Source of the DNA: Trichoplax adhaerens
Lineage: Eukaryota; Animalia; Placozoa
DNA: 64,000 nt
Assembly (NCBI RefSeq): GCF_000150275.1
Contig: NW_002060946.1
Coordinates: forward strand, 491,562 to 555,561
Direction of reading: 5' to 3'
The translations under genes and the position numbers were made by a program. The notes under the pieces were generated by a model, which made no database searches, was not told where the DNA came from, and saw only the letters and a list, made by a program, of their open reading frames with translations. Each line of letters starts with the position of its first letter. Within the stretch, counting starts at the first letter, position 1. Of this stretch, positions 35,709-49,799 are shown one piece after another.

Positions 35709-37206
35709 ATGGCAAAAATTTGGCTTTCAAGTAATCTAATCCTATCGTTGCTGCTAGAGTTTCTTTTAGTAGGTTATCAAATACAAAATACAAATGGAGC
35801 GATATCATCTCAGGGAATCAATAATCGGGCACTATCACACAATCAAACATTGTCACCGTCAATTAGCTGGAATAAGTTAAAATTTCGCTTCGTTCGATGC
35901 CGACATGATCCTAGTAAGCAATATTGTTCAAACTACGCAATAATGCTGGTTAATAATTTCCCAAACGACGGCAAAATGGCTGCCAATGTCCTCAAGCTCT
36001 ATAATAAATTAGTCCACAATGGATTTCGTTCCAGTAATATTCGAGTCTTTTATGGCAATGGTAGCATACCTATAGAATATTGTAAGTTACAGCTAGAATT
36101 CAAGAAATACACTTGTAATATATGAATTTAATTATGTAATTTGCTTATCGAAACAGTAGCACTAGTGTATTACCTGAAATAACAAGGTTTGTAATGATTA
36201 CATATTATTTCGTCTATGCTACTGATAAACGCTGTTGATTTATAGTAAGGTAGATAAAGTCTAAAGATTTGGTCAATGTAAGAGAATCATATAATATATC
36301 ACTAGAAATTAATTCTACTTTATTAATCACATCTAGCAACCACAGTTTGCAAATTAGCTAGGTATTAATTTAAAGAAAAAGATTGATGAATCATATCCCT
36401 TGCAGATGTAGCATATCGTCAGAATCGACACTAAATGCTATATTTAAGATAAAATTTTATACCAATCTCCGAGATCTCAATCATTTAATTTAATGTTTAC
36501 TCTTTAGCTGATATTCCAACCTTTGGAAATATGCGATTATATCCAGCAACCTCAACTTATAAGCGTCCATTTCTCCGTTTGATAAAACAAATGTGTAGTT
36601 GTAAGATTCGATCAGGCCTTATTTACGTTAGCAATCCCACCTCAAAAGACGGTAGCATTTTGCTACCAAAGCCATCAGACAAACAAACTATTGCAGGGAA
36701 AATGAGACGCGTTAAACTTTCAGCTAATGCATTTGGAGTTGCCCTCCTTGATTGCCAAGCCAAAGATATGCATATTATTGCCGATCAAAGATTAAAAATT
36801 CCGGACGTTGTCCATGAAGAATACTATGAAAGGAATAACACACGATTTTATAATGTGACTTACATTGGTTCCTTGTATTATAATGAAGATTGTGTTCGAG
36901 GCGATATGACAAAAAGACTGATCAAAGTTGACTGGAGATATTGCAACGATCAAGTAGTTAAGGTAAATAATTTCAAACCGAAATTCCAGAATTGATCTTA
37001 AAGAAATTATATCTAACACAATTAAATAACGTGGCACACTTTTGATTTAGTTTATGAAAAATCCCATGTATAGCCTGAGAGATAAATGCCAGCCGGCAAT
37101 TTATCGAGATTGGAGGAGGAAAATTCCAAACAGAACTCTCTTTGGCTCCCGTTGTGGGAAGCATCGCACATCTAGCAGTGAACTTATCCCAGCAATGTGG
37201 TGTTAA
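35709..37206 (+). CDS. Secreted protein, 3 exons, ~327 aa; legumain/caspase (clan CD)-like fold, catalytic residues apparently absent
   Basis: Exons 35709-36081, 36508-36962 and 37051-37206 join in frame with GT-AG boundaries. N-terminal signal peptide. Segments YAIML, LYNKLVHNGFRSSNIRVFY, LIYVSNPT and MHIIADQ occur in the order of peptidase C13 core elements. Confidence 0.7.
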
Positions 37207-40200
37207 ATTCGTACAAGCTGAGATATTATCTGCGATTAATTTTATATACTATGCATAAATCGATTAAATCTATCGGACAGTTTCAATAATAGATCGTTAC
37301 TAAATGGCTAAAGTAAAATAGGATGCATAATCAATAATAGTACAGCAATATACTTTATTATTGTAATCCTTCGCTATATTGCCAGAATATCCTTTAACGT
37401 CTTTATTCGTTACGTCCAAGTTATGGATTTAATTGTTGCTTATTTAGGAAATAAATTATGTAAATCGTTGATCTATCGGGTCAAAATCTATATTTTACGT
37501 AGTTTATCCAGCGAAAATGATGCTATGAAATGTATATGCATATGCTTCTATAAGTTGCCATTTTAAATGTGATAGTGAGATTACCTATTGAAGAATCTGA
37601 TTACCACTAGAGATTCTGGGTATAATCATTTTATTATCGCTGCAGTAAAAATCTCCTAAACATAAAGAAGTAAGCCCTGGAATAGGAAAAACTTATCCGG
37701 AAGAGTACACGTACATCCTTGGTTGATGGTTTCATAACTTGATAACTTTGTATGCTTTGTCAGGTTTGATTACTGGCCGCTTTACTAGCTGTTTGATCGA
37801 TGTTAGCGATCAAATCTACCATGCATGATTTGTCAGTAATCCTCAATTATTAAGAGTTAGCTTGAATATCAATCCTGCGTAAGATGAGTGCACAAAACTA
37901 TTAAATCTCTCTAAGTAGAATATCAGTCCCAAAATTAAATGTATGGATTGATCTCCGTAAACTACTTCAAATCATAGCAGCTAATTTCACGCTTAGCTTA
38001 CTATTAGCTGTAAAGTATCCAAAATTAGACCTTTCCGTGACGGCATAAACTTCTCGAGCTATAAAGCCCGGAACGAAATGTTAGAAATAGAACTACTAGG
38101 AGGCACGTAAAACCACTGTAATATAATTCTCATCATAACAAGATCTATCAACAGGCAGATCATTAATAATCTCGAAGAGATTTTAAAACTCTGGTTTCAT
38201 TGGCATTCCAATGAGCAATATAAGCATGATACATTATCACGATAAGCCCTGAAATTGGCGAAATGTCAGCATTAATATGATACTAAAGCTTTCTTTAAGA
38301 AAGATGATATCATCAATCTGGTGCGGTAACAGTACTTTCTTTTAGATATTTTATTACTTTATGGTAGCTATTTCGATTAAATTTATATGTGTGCACTTAT
38401 TTATAATAGAAAATCTATTGCATTTTTCTTAGCTATGATGAACTCAACATAAGGAAGCCAGTTTTGAATCGATTTATGTAATATAAGCAATCCTCTATTA
38501 CAAGTCATTTTAATCCACTTAATAAACTCTGCTTACATAACAGCAATTGTTTATTGCAAAGTTGACCAATATTGCAAGTTACCCAATTATTATGAAGAGA
38601 ATGACCTCTGCCTCATGCTGTGGAGTTTACGATTATTTTATTATTTAAAATACGCTTTCATGGTTCGGTAAAGGATCACAAAAGAATGTTTATTAGTCCA
38701 ACATCCTCGTAGCGCACCCTATTTACTAATTTTTACACCATGCTATCAGCAGGGATTGATAAAGAAGTACTTTCTATTCTCTATTAAGTAAGAGCATTAT
38801 TTCAACAGTAGAAATGAAAAATACTTTAACTTGTAATTTAAAAGTAGCTGTAATTAGTTTATTGGAGAGATTCCGTTGGAGTAGGTAGATGTTATATTAA
38901 TTTAAGCGATAGAAGAAAAAATAAACTATCCATTATTAATAACGAAACAGCGCTTGTATTGACTTATGCCGTATATGGTATCAGATTATAATAAAATATA
39001 CCTATCACACTACTTCTAATATCAGCAATCCATACAATTTCATTTTAGCATTTCGAGTAAATACAATTTAAAAGTATGTAATGATGTTGATATGATATTA
39101 TACATTACCAATACCACTTTAATACACTTATCTTATTCCCTAATAGAGATAATTATCTCATTCCGTCATGTTTTCTTAAGATTTAGTAAGATCTAAGTAA
39201 TATTTATAAAGATCTCATTAAGATCATTTTACCCAATACCATGTCAACCATAGTTAAAACCATTGCTCTTTTACGGAAAGAATTACTAGTTTCGATCATA
39301 TGTTATAAGCTTATATCAATAATGCTTTAGCTAAAGATTTATCTTATTTAGCTATTGTTTAGTAGGTAACAGTAATGTCTAGTTCATTTAATAGTAAATA
39401 TCCGGTCTGGCTATCATATATTACGTAAAGTAATACCTGGTTCCATTGAATGGTAAGAATCTGATTTGACTATCATCTAGTATATAAATGTTAATGGCTG
39501 GTTCCATTAAATACTTGGAATCTAGTCTGACTATAATCTGGTAGGTAAATATTAAGGGCTGATTTTATGTAACAGTAAAAATATGTTAAACATGATGACA
39601 ATAAAATACTGGCCTGTTGATTTAATCTATAAATTGTTATTTAGCACTCAGAATTAGTCATTGAAAAATTTCTTTATTTCTAGATGTTCCTGTTCATATC
39701 ATCTTCAATTCATCCAACTTAATGAGTACTGAGTCTGTACTTGTATAGTTATCTACCCATTCTTTCAGCTTTGATAGCTTAAAAGCTATTCGAAAAAAAA
39801 GGAATTTAAACATCTGTTTATTAAAGCTATTTGAATTTAATAATTTATAATTAATTTATAGGATAAAATAGGACACCTGTTCGTTAATATAGTGCTGTAT
39901 GGTGCGACTGATGTAACCACTACAAAGGATACTTCCATGTTATTCTTTTCATTGAGTTAATTATATGCTAACAAACATCATTCTAAATAATAAACCATAA
40001 TACCTTTATTTATAAAATTAATACAGCATAACTTTTCGATCAGTAATTCTATTTTAATACACCAAATGAACAAAATCTGAAAACTGACATAACCATGTTC
40101 TATATTTGAATAATCTTATATTGTTCATAGATACGGATATTTTTTATAGATTACGTAAAAGTAATCGTAATATTGGTTGTTATAGCAATTTATTTTTACT

Positions 40201-40753
40201 CGCAGTCGTTATGCTATTGTCAGCTTATTTTTAGCTACTCAATGCCATTTTACATAATAATTTAATAGTAATTATTTCATTTCCCATCCAAATAATTCTA
40301 TCTGCATTGTACTGCATATCTTTTGATTTCTATAACCTTATTCTCAATAGAATATGTTATTTCCATGGCAACAGGTCTGGCAGAACAATCGCTGATATTA
40401 TACTCTTGTCAAGCCAATGACGGGAAAGAATAGAATTGTCAAGTATGTTGCAAGCGATATAATTCACTAAGAATCAATTATTTCTATCAGTTTAGCTTAT
40501 AAGAAAGTATTTTAGTCTATCTAGTTCATAATAATTCATTACATCAGGATTCAAGAAAGCAAGCAAGAAGAAATTGATTTCATTTGAGCTATAATATCAA
40601 CCATCATTGGCACTCTGATAAATTAAGAAAATCATTCAAAATTTTAAATAGTTGTGTGTGACATTACTTTACTAGTCTCTGTTTTAAGAGATTATTTGGA
40701 CGATAGTCCGGCGCTGCCATTGACTGGTAGTAAGATTTGAGTAAAGAAAAAAG

Positions 40754-43700
40754 ATGAAATCGCTTGTGATAGCAAATTTAGTATTTTTACAGATCATTAT
40801 CTTCAATGGATATGGAGACGCTCAAGAAATTTATAAATTTGGTAAGTTAAAGTAATTATTAAAGTATTTTATTTACAATTCGTGAAAATTTTCGATTATT
40901 GGCTAGTTCGTATTGGTCTACAAAATGTAACTTATGACACTAATTTATCAAAAGAAAAAGCCACTTTAGAATTAGTAAAACTTGATTACATCACACTACT
41001 TTCTAGGTACATTTTTACTTTTCATCATCAATAATTATCGATGATTAACAGATCCTCTTGTAGATTAAATTTATCATTCGTCACTATAATTATGAATGAT
41101 AACTTTATTCTACAAACGGGTCCGCTAATCATTTCTTAACTCTATAAGATAAGATTTTGGTGTCATATTCTAGCCCTGACCGTAACCCTAATTCTTTACT
41201 CTCAACCTTGACATCTACATGCAAACCCTAATTATTAATGATTTTTATAGCAAGGCATGCTACTTCGTTAAGAATGCTCCCTATTTTAATATTGACTTAT
41301 TCAATTAACAAAGAAAAGTCAAGCGAATCTATCATTCTACCGATCAAATTATGAGAAATATATATTTTGATACCCTTTATCATATGAACCCGACAAACAG
41401 ACTTTAATGCACAATCTTTTTACTCATTTCATTTCAATTAATATTACTTTTTAATTTTAAAAACAAATTAGACTCCCTTTCTAGCACAATGATACTTGCC
41501 ATATTTTAATATAATTTCAGTATCTTGCATTAAACAAATCATGTTTGTTATGTCGATTTTTTCATGGTTGATTACTATAACATCAATAGCGCTAAGAGCA
41601 TGGTCTAAAATCCGACTAAAATCAGAGTCTTACCTTATTTATTCAAGATGATAAAAGCGTTGATATCAACCGATATCGTCATCGACAGGAAAATGAAGAA
41701 AAAATTTGAAACTTCTGCAAAGTTAATACAGACTCTATCGTACTAATCTCTGACTTTACGATAATATATTCTTTGCTTAACCGTAAAAGACAATGTGCTG
41801 GTTGTTCTTTTTTATGTAAACTAAATCTCTAATAATAATTAGCGTCTAAAATTGTTTGTAGTCCACAGTAAAGTAGAAACATAATTCTCTTAATGAGTCG
41901 GAATATCGTTATAATCTAGTTAAGTAAAATGTAAATGTTGTTTTAGTACATGTTAGTAGTTCATCCATTCCGTATTAATTTATGAACATATTGTTTATTT
42001 CAACATTGAGTTACATACACTTAACCATGTTTATACTCAATTGACGTTGAAAATAGTCAACACTAGAACAAAAGTTTTGTTGACTATTCGGATTCGAATT
42101 ACAATAAGTCAAATGTAATTGTAGTTTTAACTAAAGCCAAAACATTAAAAAGCCACCTAAAACTATCGTAATTATCTTCATACTTATTAGACGAAGCTTT
42201 CGTCTTTAATAAGATGCTAGTACATCGTGCATCAAAATAAAATCTAATTATTAAAAGTTATGATAATAACTTGACTTGGAGCATCTTTTGTTCTTTCGAA
42301 GGTAAAAGATGACTTTAATATGAATATAAGCAACATTTTAAATTAAGACAGTTTTCTATATTCACTGTTATTAGGCGGCTATTATACTTTTCTTAAACCA
42401 ATATATCATGCATACCATGATTCTCATATCAGAGAGTTAGTTTAGTAATTTCTTTCTTACTAAATATCTCCATTTTCCATAACTTATGAGTATCTTTTTA
42501 GACGAAATACGGACAAAAATTTTGGAAAACTTTCTTTAGATGCTTGATGTTTATGATGGTTAACTTATGAATCTACTGGCCGTTTAGGTTCTAGAAATTC
42601 ATAAATTCATAAATAATACCTCTAGGATTATTCTACTTTTTAACATCAGAATGCCAACATCCAAGTTGTTCTGGCTCTGAAAAACGCGTCATTTTATGAT
42701 AGATTGCCTAGTAGTTTAGCTAACAACTAATCAACTCAATTACTCACGCATGGAGTAAAATTAACTGAAGTGTTCATGCTAACTAAACTCATCGATTGAT
42801 TAAACATTTTAATAATCTTTGTCATCATAGTTAATTTAATTCTAACGATCTTCTAGGTCTTATAACGCCACCCCAATTTCCTGAATTAGAAAGGGCCATA
42901 AATATGACGATGGCAATGATTAATAATAAGGAAATTGCTAGTCTGCAATTAGGCAATGTCAAATTATCTGGAATCTTTCGATCAGCCGATATATTTAGCC
43001 CGTACGATAACTTGAGAAAAGGTAAGAAAAGTAAAGAAATTGGTATTATTTAATCAGCGAAACTTGATAGTGTTAATACGGAATTAACTAAATCGCATAA
43101 ATTATGAATAAGGAGGAAGAAAATTTGAAAATAATTTAATACTTTTGTAATTTTACCAATTGCTCAAATTCGATTAGCTTGTGAAATTATGAGCCAAGGC
43201 ATCGTCACTCTTATTGGACCACTTTCATCAAGCGCAACAAAAGGTGTACAAAATATCTGCTCTCCACTTCAAATGCCACAAATTGCACCCGTAGCAACCG
43301 ATCCATCTTTATCTAGCAATTTCAATTATAACTATTTATTAAGAATTATAGCACCAGACAATTTCCAGAGCACTGCTATTGCGTCAATTGTAGAACGATA
43401 TAAATGGACCAAAATGTCCATTTTAGCCTCCAGTACAGATTTTGGTTTGTTAAATCAAATGATAACATATGACTTTGCTATAAGATTTATAATTAAGCTC
43501 TGATTTTATGATAGGAATTAACGCTTTAACTGAATTTCGCCAAATTGCATCAAGAAAACTATGGAGGATTCTGTCATTTGAATTATATGCAATTCAAAAT
43601 AACTCCTATGTGGCAGATATTGAAGGTTACTTACAGAGGATAAAATCTGCAGGTGAAAAAAATGATAAGCTAATAATCCAAATAAATATTCATCACCTAA

Positions 43701-46700
43701 AAGATATACGAGTAATTTACTCTCTCTTATAAGCAAATTACGTTGGATAAGTAAATTATCTCGTTATAAATATCTCAATGATAATTTAGAAAACAATGTT
43801 TTTTGCTTTTTTAGGATCTAAAGTCGTTATTTTAGGCTGTGAAGGAGAGCATGCTACACAAATATTTGAAGCAGCAAATCGGCTAGGTCTACTATCACGG
43901 GGCTGGGCTTGGATTGTTGTTGACACTGTTCCATCACTGGTAAATAAAATGATATGTAATTAATTGATTTGTTTTACGGAGGGGATATAAAATAACATTA
44001 ATTGACTAATAAATTGTACTTTAGGAATCTTAAATTGATAATTAATCCTACCTTACCGAATCAATCTCAAATATTTTAGGCACCTATCCATACTGTTATT
44101 GATTTATAGCTGAATTGTATTGATGCAATTTACAGTTATTTTTAAATTTTAATATTATGACAAATCTGAATAGATATACATAATTCATTTGATATCGTAC
44201 TATAATAAATTTAACATATAACAGTAACAAGTTAAGTAGAGTAGTAAAGAGTCGAAGATGAATAGAGTAATATTGCTAAATAATTAAAATCACTAGCGTA
44301 ATGATGAATAGGTTGGGATGATTTTGTTCAGAACGACAATTAATTCTACTAACATGTTGTAATATGCTGATGAGAATAGTAACCATTGAAAATAAGTAAG
44401 AGCCATACTTAGTATAACGTAAGATGGATATCTTAATTGCCTATATCAAGCCAAACCTATTTAGTTCTGAATTAGTAGTAATATTGTATAAAAAATTCAT
44501 AACAGTTTATTTGTCGCTATAGAAATATACATCAGACTAACATTTATACAGATAATGATTCTGCCCGGATAGTATTAATTCTAAGTTTATCAAACCCTAT
44601 TTTATTCTAGTATCCTACCCTGCCTTCCTATACTAACGGCATCATTAGCTTGCGTTATTACCAAACGGAAACAAGTATACTTCGTTCTATAAGAGCACGC
44701 TATAAGCAACTTTATAATAAAGAACTGCAGGTAAGGCTTAAATACAGCTGTGATCAATATTATTTTTATCATTGAAGCCGAGATGATCAAGAATAATTTA
44801 TTACTATGAGAATTTTCTACTGATAATAGGTATTACACTATCGATATATTGATGCACTATTAGCCTTTGGTTATGGCATCAAAAATATGAAACAGAAAGG
44901 AATTACAATTATTCCGACATCACTCAATTGTAGCAGCAATCCTACTCAGCCTTGGACTAATGGAGCAAAAATGCTGCAACTAATTAAAGAAGTAAAATGA
45001 ATTACTCATGTGATAGAATGATTTTGAACTCTTTTACTCCTTCTATAATTTTCAAATTGCATTGAAATAGGTAATCATTATCCTTCATTGACAATATATA
45101 ATGTGTATTAATGCAGAGTTCTGGCGAATCAACTTCAAGTCCGATTAATTTCACCGCATTGGGTGGACCAACCTATAAGATTTGGGATGTTGTTAATTTA
45201 CATGGTACTACTTGGTCTACTGTGAGTAGTCTCGGATGTTAATTTATATCAGTAATATACTTATAGTCTATATTATTAAATTAAATAGCACTATTTTGTC
45301 CCTTGTAAGTAGCCTTAACTATTAATTTACATCACCAATGTAAATATATATGCTCCATCTCTGTGTAAGTGGCGATAACATTGTACTATACGCATAATTT
45401 TAGGTTGGAAATTTTACAGTACCGAACCAGTTAAATCTTGATGGTAATTCTATCTATTTTATGGATGGAGCTAGGATTATTGCAGATTCTGGTTCATTTT
45501 TGAAGGGAAAGACTATTGTTGTCACAACAATCATTGTAAGTCTAATTGATTTCCTACAGCAATTACGGAATCATTGTAATTGGCGGTTCTTCTAATTAAA
45601 TTTGTGAATATGGTTTCATATAATATGTTAGCTAACATATAAGTTTATATGTATACCTATACTTAAAAATAGGAGTACAACATGATAAATATATTATCGT
45701 TTTCAGGAACCTCCATTTACTATGATTGAAGACAACCCTGCTACTGGTAGAAACTATAAAGGCTATATCATCGACATGATGGATAAATTAGCGAGTAGTC
45801 TAAATTTCAACTATACAGTCCGTTTAGTTGCAGACGGTCAATATGGTGCTCAAACGATGGTCGATGGTGCTCCTCAATGGAGTGGTATGGTGGGAGAAGT
45901 AGAAAGAAGAGTGAGTATATATCTGCGTGGTTGCAGATTAATATAAAATTATATCAGTAGATGCCCATTTTCACTCTATTCATTACTAGAAAGATATTTT
46001 TATTCTGTTCATTTCCATCTATACTCTAGGTGGCTGATATAGCTGCAGCTCCTCTCTCTATCAGTCCCGTTCGCCAACAAGTGGTCGATTTTTCTATGCC
46101 TTATATCGATCAAGGTTTGACGGTATTAACACTGAAAACCTCTGGGCAGACACCATCATTATTCCAGGCCTTCTTGCCTTTAACTGGCGAAGTCTGGCTA
46201 TGTATCCTACTTTCAATTACATTAGTAGCTATTGCTGTTACATTTATAAATCGTTTCAGTCCATTTGATCATTATGGTAAAGCCTGTAAGCAAATTCAAC
46301 CCTTGTATAATTCCAACCAAACTGGTGTTTCTGATAAAGATTACGAGACTTGGATGATAGAAAATGAAGAAGATATTGAAGCTTTCTCATTGTATAATAG
46401 TTTATGGTATACTTTAGAATCATTTTTACTACAAGGTGCTGATAGAACACCAAGATCATTCTCTGCACGCTTAATTACTGCAGTTTGGTGGTTAGCATCA
46501 GTGATAATTACTTCTACTTATACCGCTAATTTGGCTGCCTTTCTAACAGTAAATCGTCTTCAACCGAGTAAGTTTATATCTATATTCTCAATTTAAATTA
46601 CTATTCATTTATAGTTCTCTTATTCTATGTGTAGAGAGAAGACTGATAATCGTACTGTATTACAGTGTGCTACTTAATCACATCAATCTTCATTTCATAA

Positions 46701-48526
46701 AAGCAATAATGATTACTTTAACTGTTTATTACAATTATATGGACTATCTTAATTATAGGATATATCAAATATGAACAAGTTGATAAAACGTAATTTTCGT
46801 TAACTTCTCTCCTTCTCTCTCTATATATGCAAAATTCTCCATGGCCTAAATTCTACCGCAGCAATAACTTCATTAGCAGAATTATCCAAAACTTCGGCCA
46901 TTAATTATGGCGTTTTAGGCAATAGCAGTGCAGAAACTTTCTTTCAACAATCGACCATATCGCCATACATCGACATGAAACATAAATTAAAAAATGTCCA
47001 AAGCACAACTGATGGAATCAATCGAGTAGTCAATAGCTTTCAAGGAGAAAAATATGCTTTCATTGGCGATGCATCATTACTTAATTATGCCAAAAGCCAA
47101 AATTGCAATTTAACTACTATTGGTAGTTTCAAGAAAGATAGTTATGCTCTTATCTTATCGAAAGAATCACTGTTCTTAAAAGAAATTAACATTGAAATTT
47201 TTAAATTACGTGAAGAGGGCTTTTTTGAGGCGACTAGAGTCAAATGGTAAATCCTTCCACAAACTGTACTAATATGACACGTTTCATATACTTTGCATAT
47301 GATAATACTTTAGTTTCTCCTTACACTATGTATTAAAATCTCCAAATTTAAGATTTACAAAGTCTTTATACATTTATAAATAACACTTAATATGTTTTAC
47401 ACTTAATATCGATCGCAAATATAAAAATTACGAACTAATAGTGAAATGAAATATGCGTAAATATTGTTACTAGTGTCGACGTAGACGATACAATATTTTG
47501 ACACTTTATCGGGTATCGTATGCTATAAACAGAGGCTGCATGAAAATAGTGCATTAGCTTACAGTTTTCTACTACCTATACTGCAACTAAAGTCACCTAA
47601 GGTGAGTGAGAACCTTGATTCTGAGTATATCTTTGTTCGTAGATATAAACTTAAAAGAACAAATATCGAAAGACTGATGAATAATAGCAATTATATACAT
47701 AAAACGTAATATTTCCAACACTTTTATTATTTAATAAATAGACCTTCGAGCAGATAGCGAATTATAAATCGTTAATATATAGCTTTTACTAACTACAGTG
47801 TGGTGCAAGGTATTTCTAAAATAAAAATCTTCGATCTGGGTTATGAAGGTAGTTCAGATGAGAATTCATATTTTAATAATGGAATAAGATTTTACGCAAA
47901 GATTTCATATTTTAGTATTTATCGACTAGATAACTCCTAATTCGTGCGTATTCTTTCTATCAAGCATTAATAACTGAAGAGCGTCCTCATAACATCAGAT
48001 ATGATATGATAGCAAAATATTAATTGTGTTCCAATCTTTATATTTACTTATAGGTTTGAAGCAACATGTACGACCACGACTAAAACGACAACATATGATC
48101 CCGTTAAACTTGAGAGTTTAATTGGTGTTTTTTATATTATCATGGCTTCTATTGGAATGAGTATAGTCATATTAGCAATCGAATGGACTATAGCAGGCAT
48201 TCAAGACTCTCATCGCCGTAATGTCAAGGTAAATGTTTAACTATAATACCAGTAGATAAATTTTGTTTTTTCTAAATTGTTTAATTCCAGTAGAGATATT
48301 TGAAAGAGGATAATATTAAAAGCTGATATACAGCCCAGATAAGTAATCCTAACCACTTATTTAATATTACTACTTATGATAGGTTAAAAATTTCTCTGAT
48401 GCTATTCGCCAACGCTTTCGCTTTGTTATTAATAACATTGCCAAGGATTTAAGCTCGAGAAGAAATGTTGAAGCTGACACAAAGCAGTCTAAAAAAGGCT
48501 CTAATAAAATTGGAGTCATGGTGTAG
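40754..48526 (+). CDS. Ionotropic glutamate receptor family subunit (non-NMDA architecture), 14 exons, ~915 aa
   Basis: Exons 40754-40841, 42857-43021, 43178-43444, 43515-43652, 43815-43939, 44611-44730, 44830-44991, 45117-45221, 45404-45535, 45707-45910, 46030-46567, 46862-47246, 48054-48228 and 48383-48526 are phase-compatible (2748 nt). They encode a signal peptide, ATD, S1 (DGQYG, WSGMVGE, APLSISPVR, DFSMPY), M1, pore LLQG, TYTANLAAF, S2 and M4. Confidence 0.93.
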
Positions 48527-49799
48527 TATGAATGTTACAATATTATACTTAGCTGTTACATCGGTAGGATTATGAACGGAGAATATTCAATGTTACGGGA
48601 AATATTATTTATACTACGAGTAATATACGCTGTATCGAATTGTTCATATTTAATTATACTATTTATATAAGTATATTCATCTATCTCTTCTCTTTATATT
48701 TTAAGCAGTATATTTATTATTTATTTAATCCTTTTACTGTTAAATAATAGTTGATACTTATATATATTTTATGATGTAAGTATGAAGGTATGTAATGTAT
48801 CGCAAAGTATTTTACATAGAAGATATTCTGACAGCTAATCCAAAAACATCATTGGTGTTGTACGCCAACAGGACTTCTATATATATAATTTATAGTGTTT
48901 TCTATGCAGGTAGTACTAATTACATCCTTTTAAATCTCCAATGATTAACTATCAGTTAGCGAGAAAATCTGGGAAAATAAAAGATCTACTTGAGTTGAAT
49001 GGTTTACAAGTATACCATCATTTAAAAATAGAACTGATGTCGACAAAAAGGTTTTAATTTATACAAATCCGTAACCACTGACCCCATTTTATTAGGGGTA
49101 ATAAGCATAAAGCGCTCAATTCCGAAAGCATAAATATTTCTAAATCTAACTTACTTAGAAAATTAAATTTACACGTATTTAGGCTCAATAATGTTAGGCT
49201 AATGCAGTCAGTCTTTCCTTAATTTTATTTATTTTCAAAAAATCAATTATGTGCATGTTCATCTGGACGCATAAATGTCTTATTTTATCATAGTTAAAGG
49301 AACTATGATTTAATTTTATTACTAATCAGACTGAGGAAAAGAAGATGTCAATCTGTGGATCTGAATAATTTATTCTTAGTTCATAATTAGTAGCAGTAGC
49401 TCCTTTCATGCATACTGTACATTGCGCAAGGACCTTATATCTATAAATTTTTAAACCTTATATTACCCTTTAAAGTATATCGACGTTAATCTTGGCCATG
49501 GCAATTATTCAGGGATAGCAATACATGATTTGATTACATTCTTTGAGAATATTTTACAGCAATCCCAATTCTAAGCACTTCGTACCGGAACTTAAAGATT
49601 AATGCTTACATGAATCACGATATTGCCATTATTTATGCGTATTTATAACTAATTTAATTTCAATCTAAGATAGACTTAATTCAAAGTTATAACAATATTA
49701 GTTAATCATCTATCAGGGTAAGTTTAATTTATTGTAGAACACTTTGATATCAAGGCTTACAAGTACTATTAATGCCGACATTAATCTTTATCATCATGC

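Noticed and set aside
37207-40753. Hidden gene or mobile element in the long spacers (also 24.2-27.6 kb and 51.3-54.5 kb)
   Set aside because: No convincing exon chain, transposase/RT motif or terminal repeats were seen by eye; small exons or ncRNAs cannot be excluded.
41170-41235. Telomere-like taaccc words in iGluR intron 1
   Set aside because: Only two or three degenerate units, compatible with chance.
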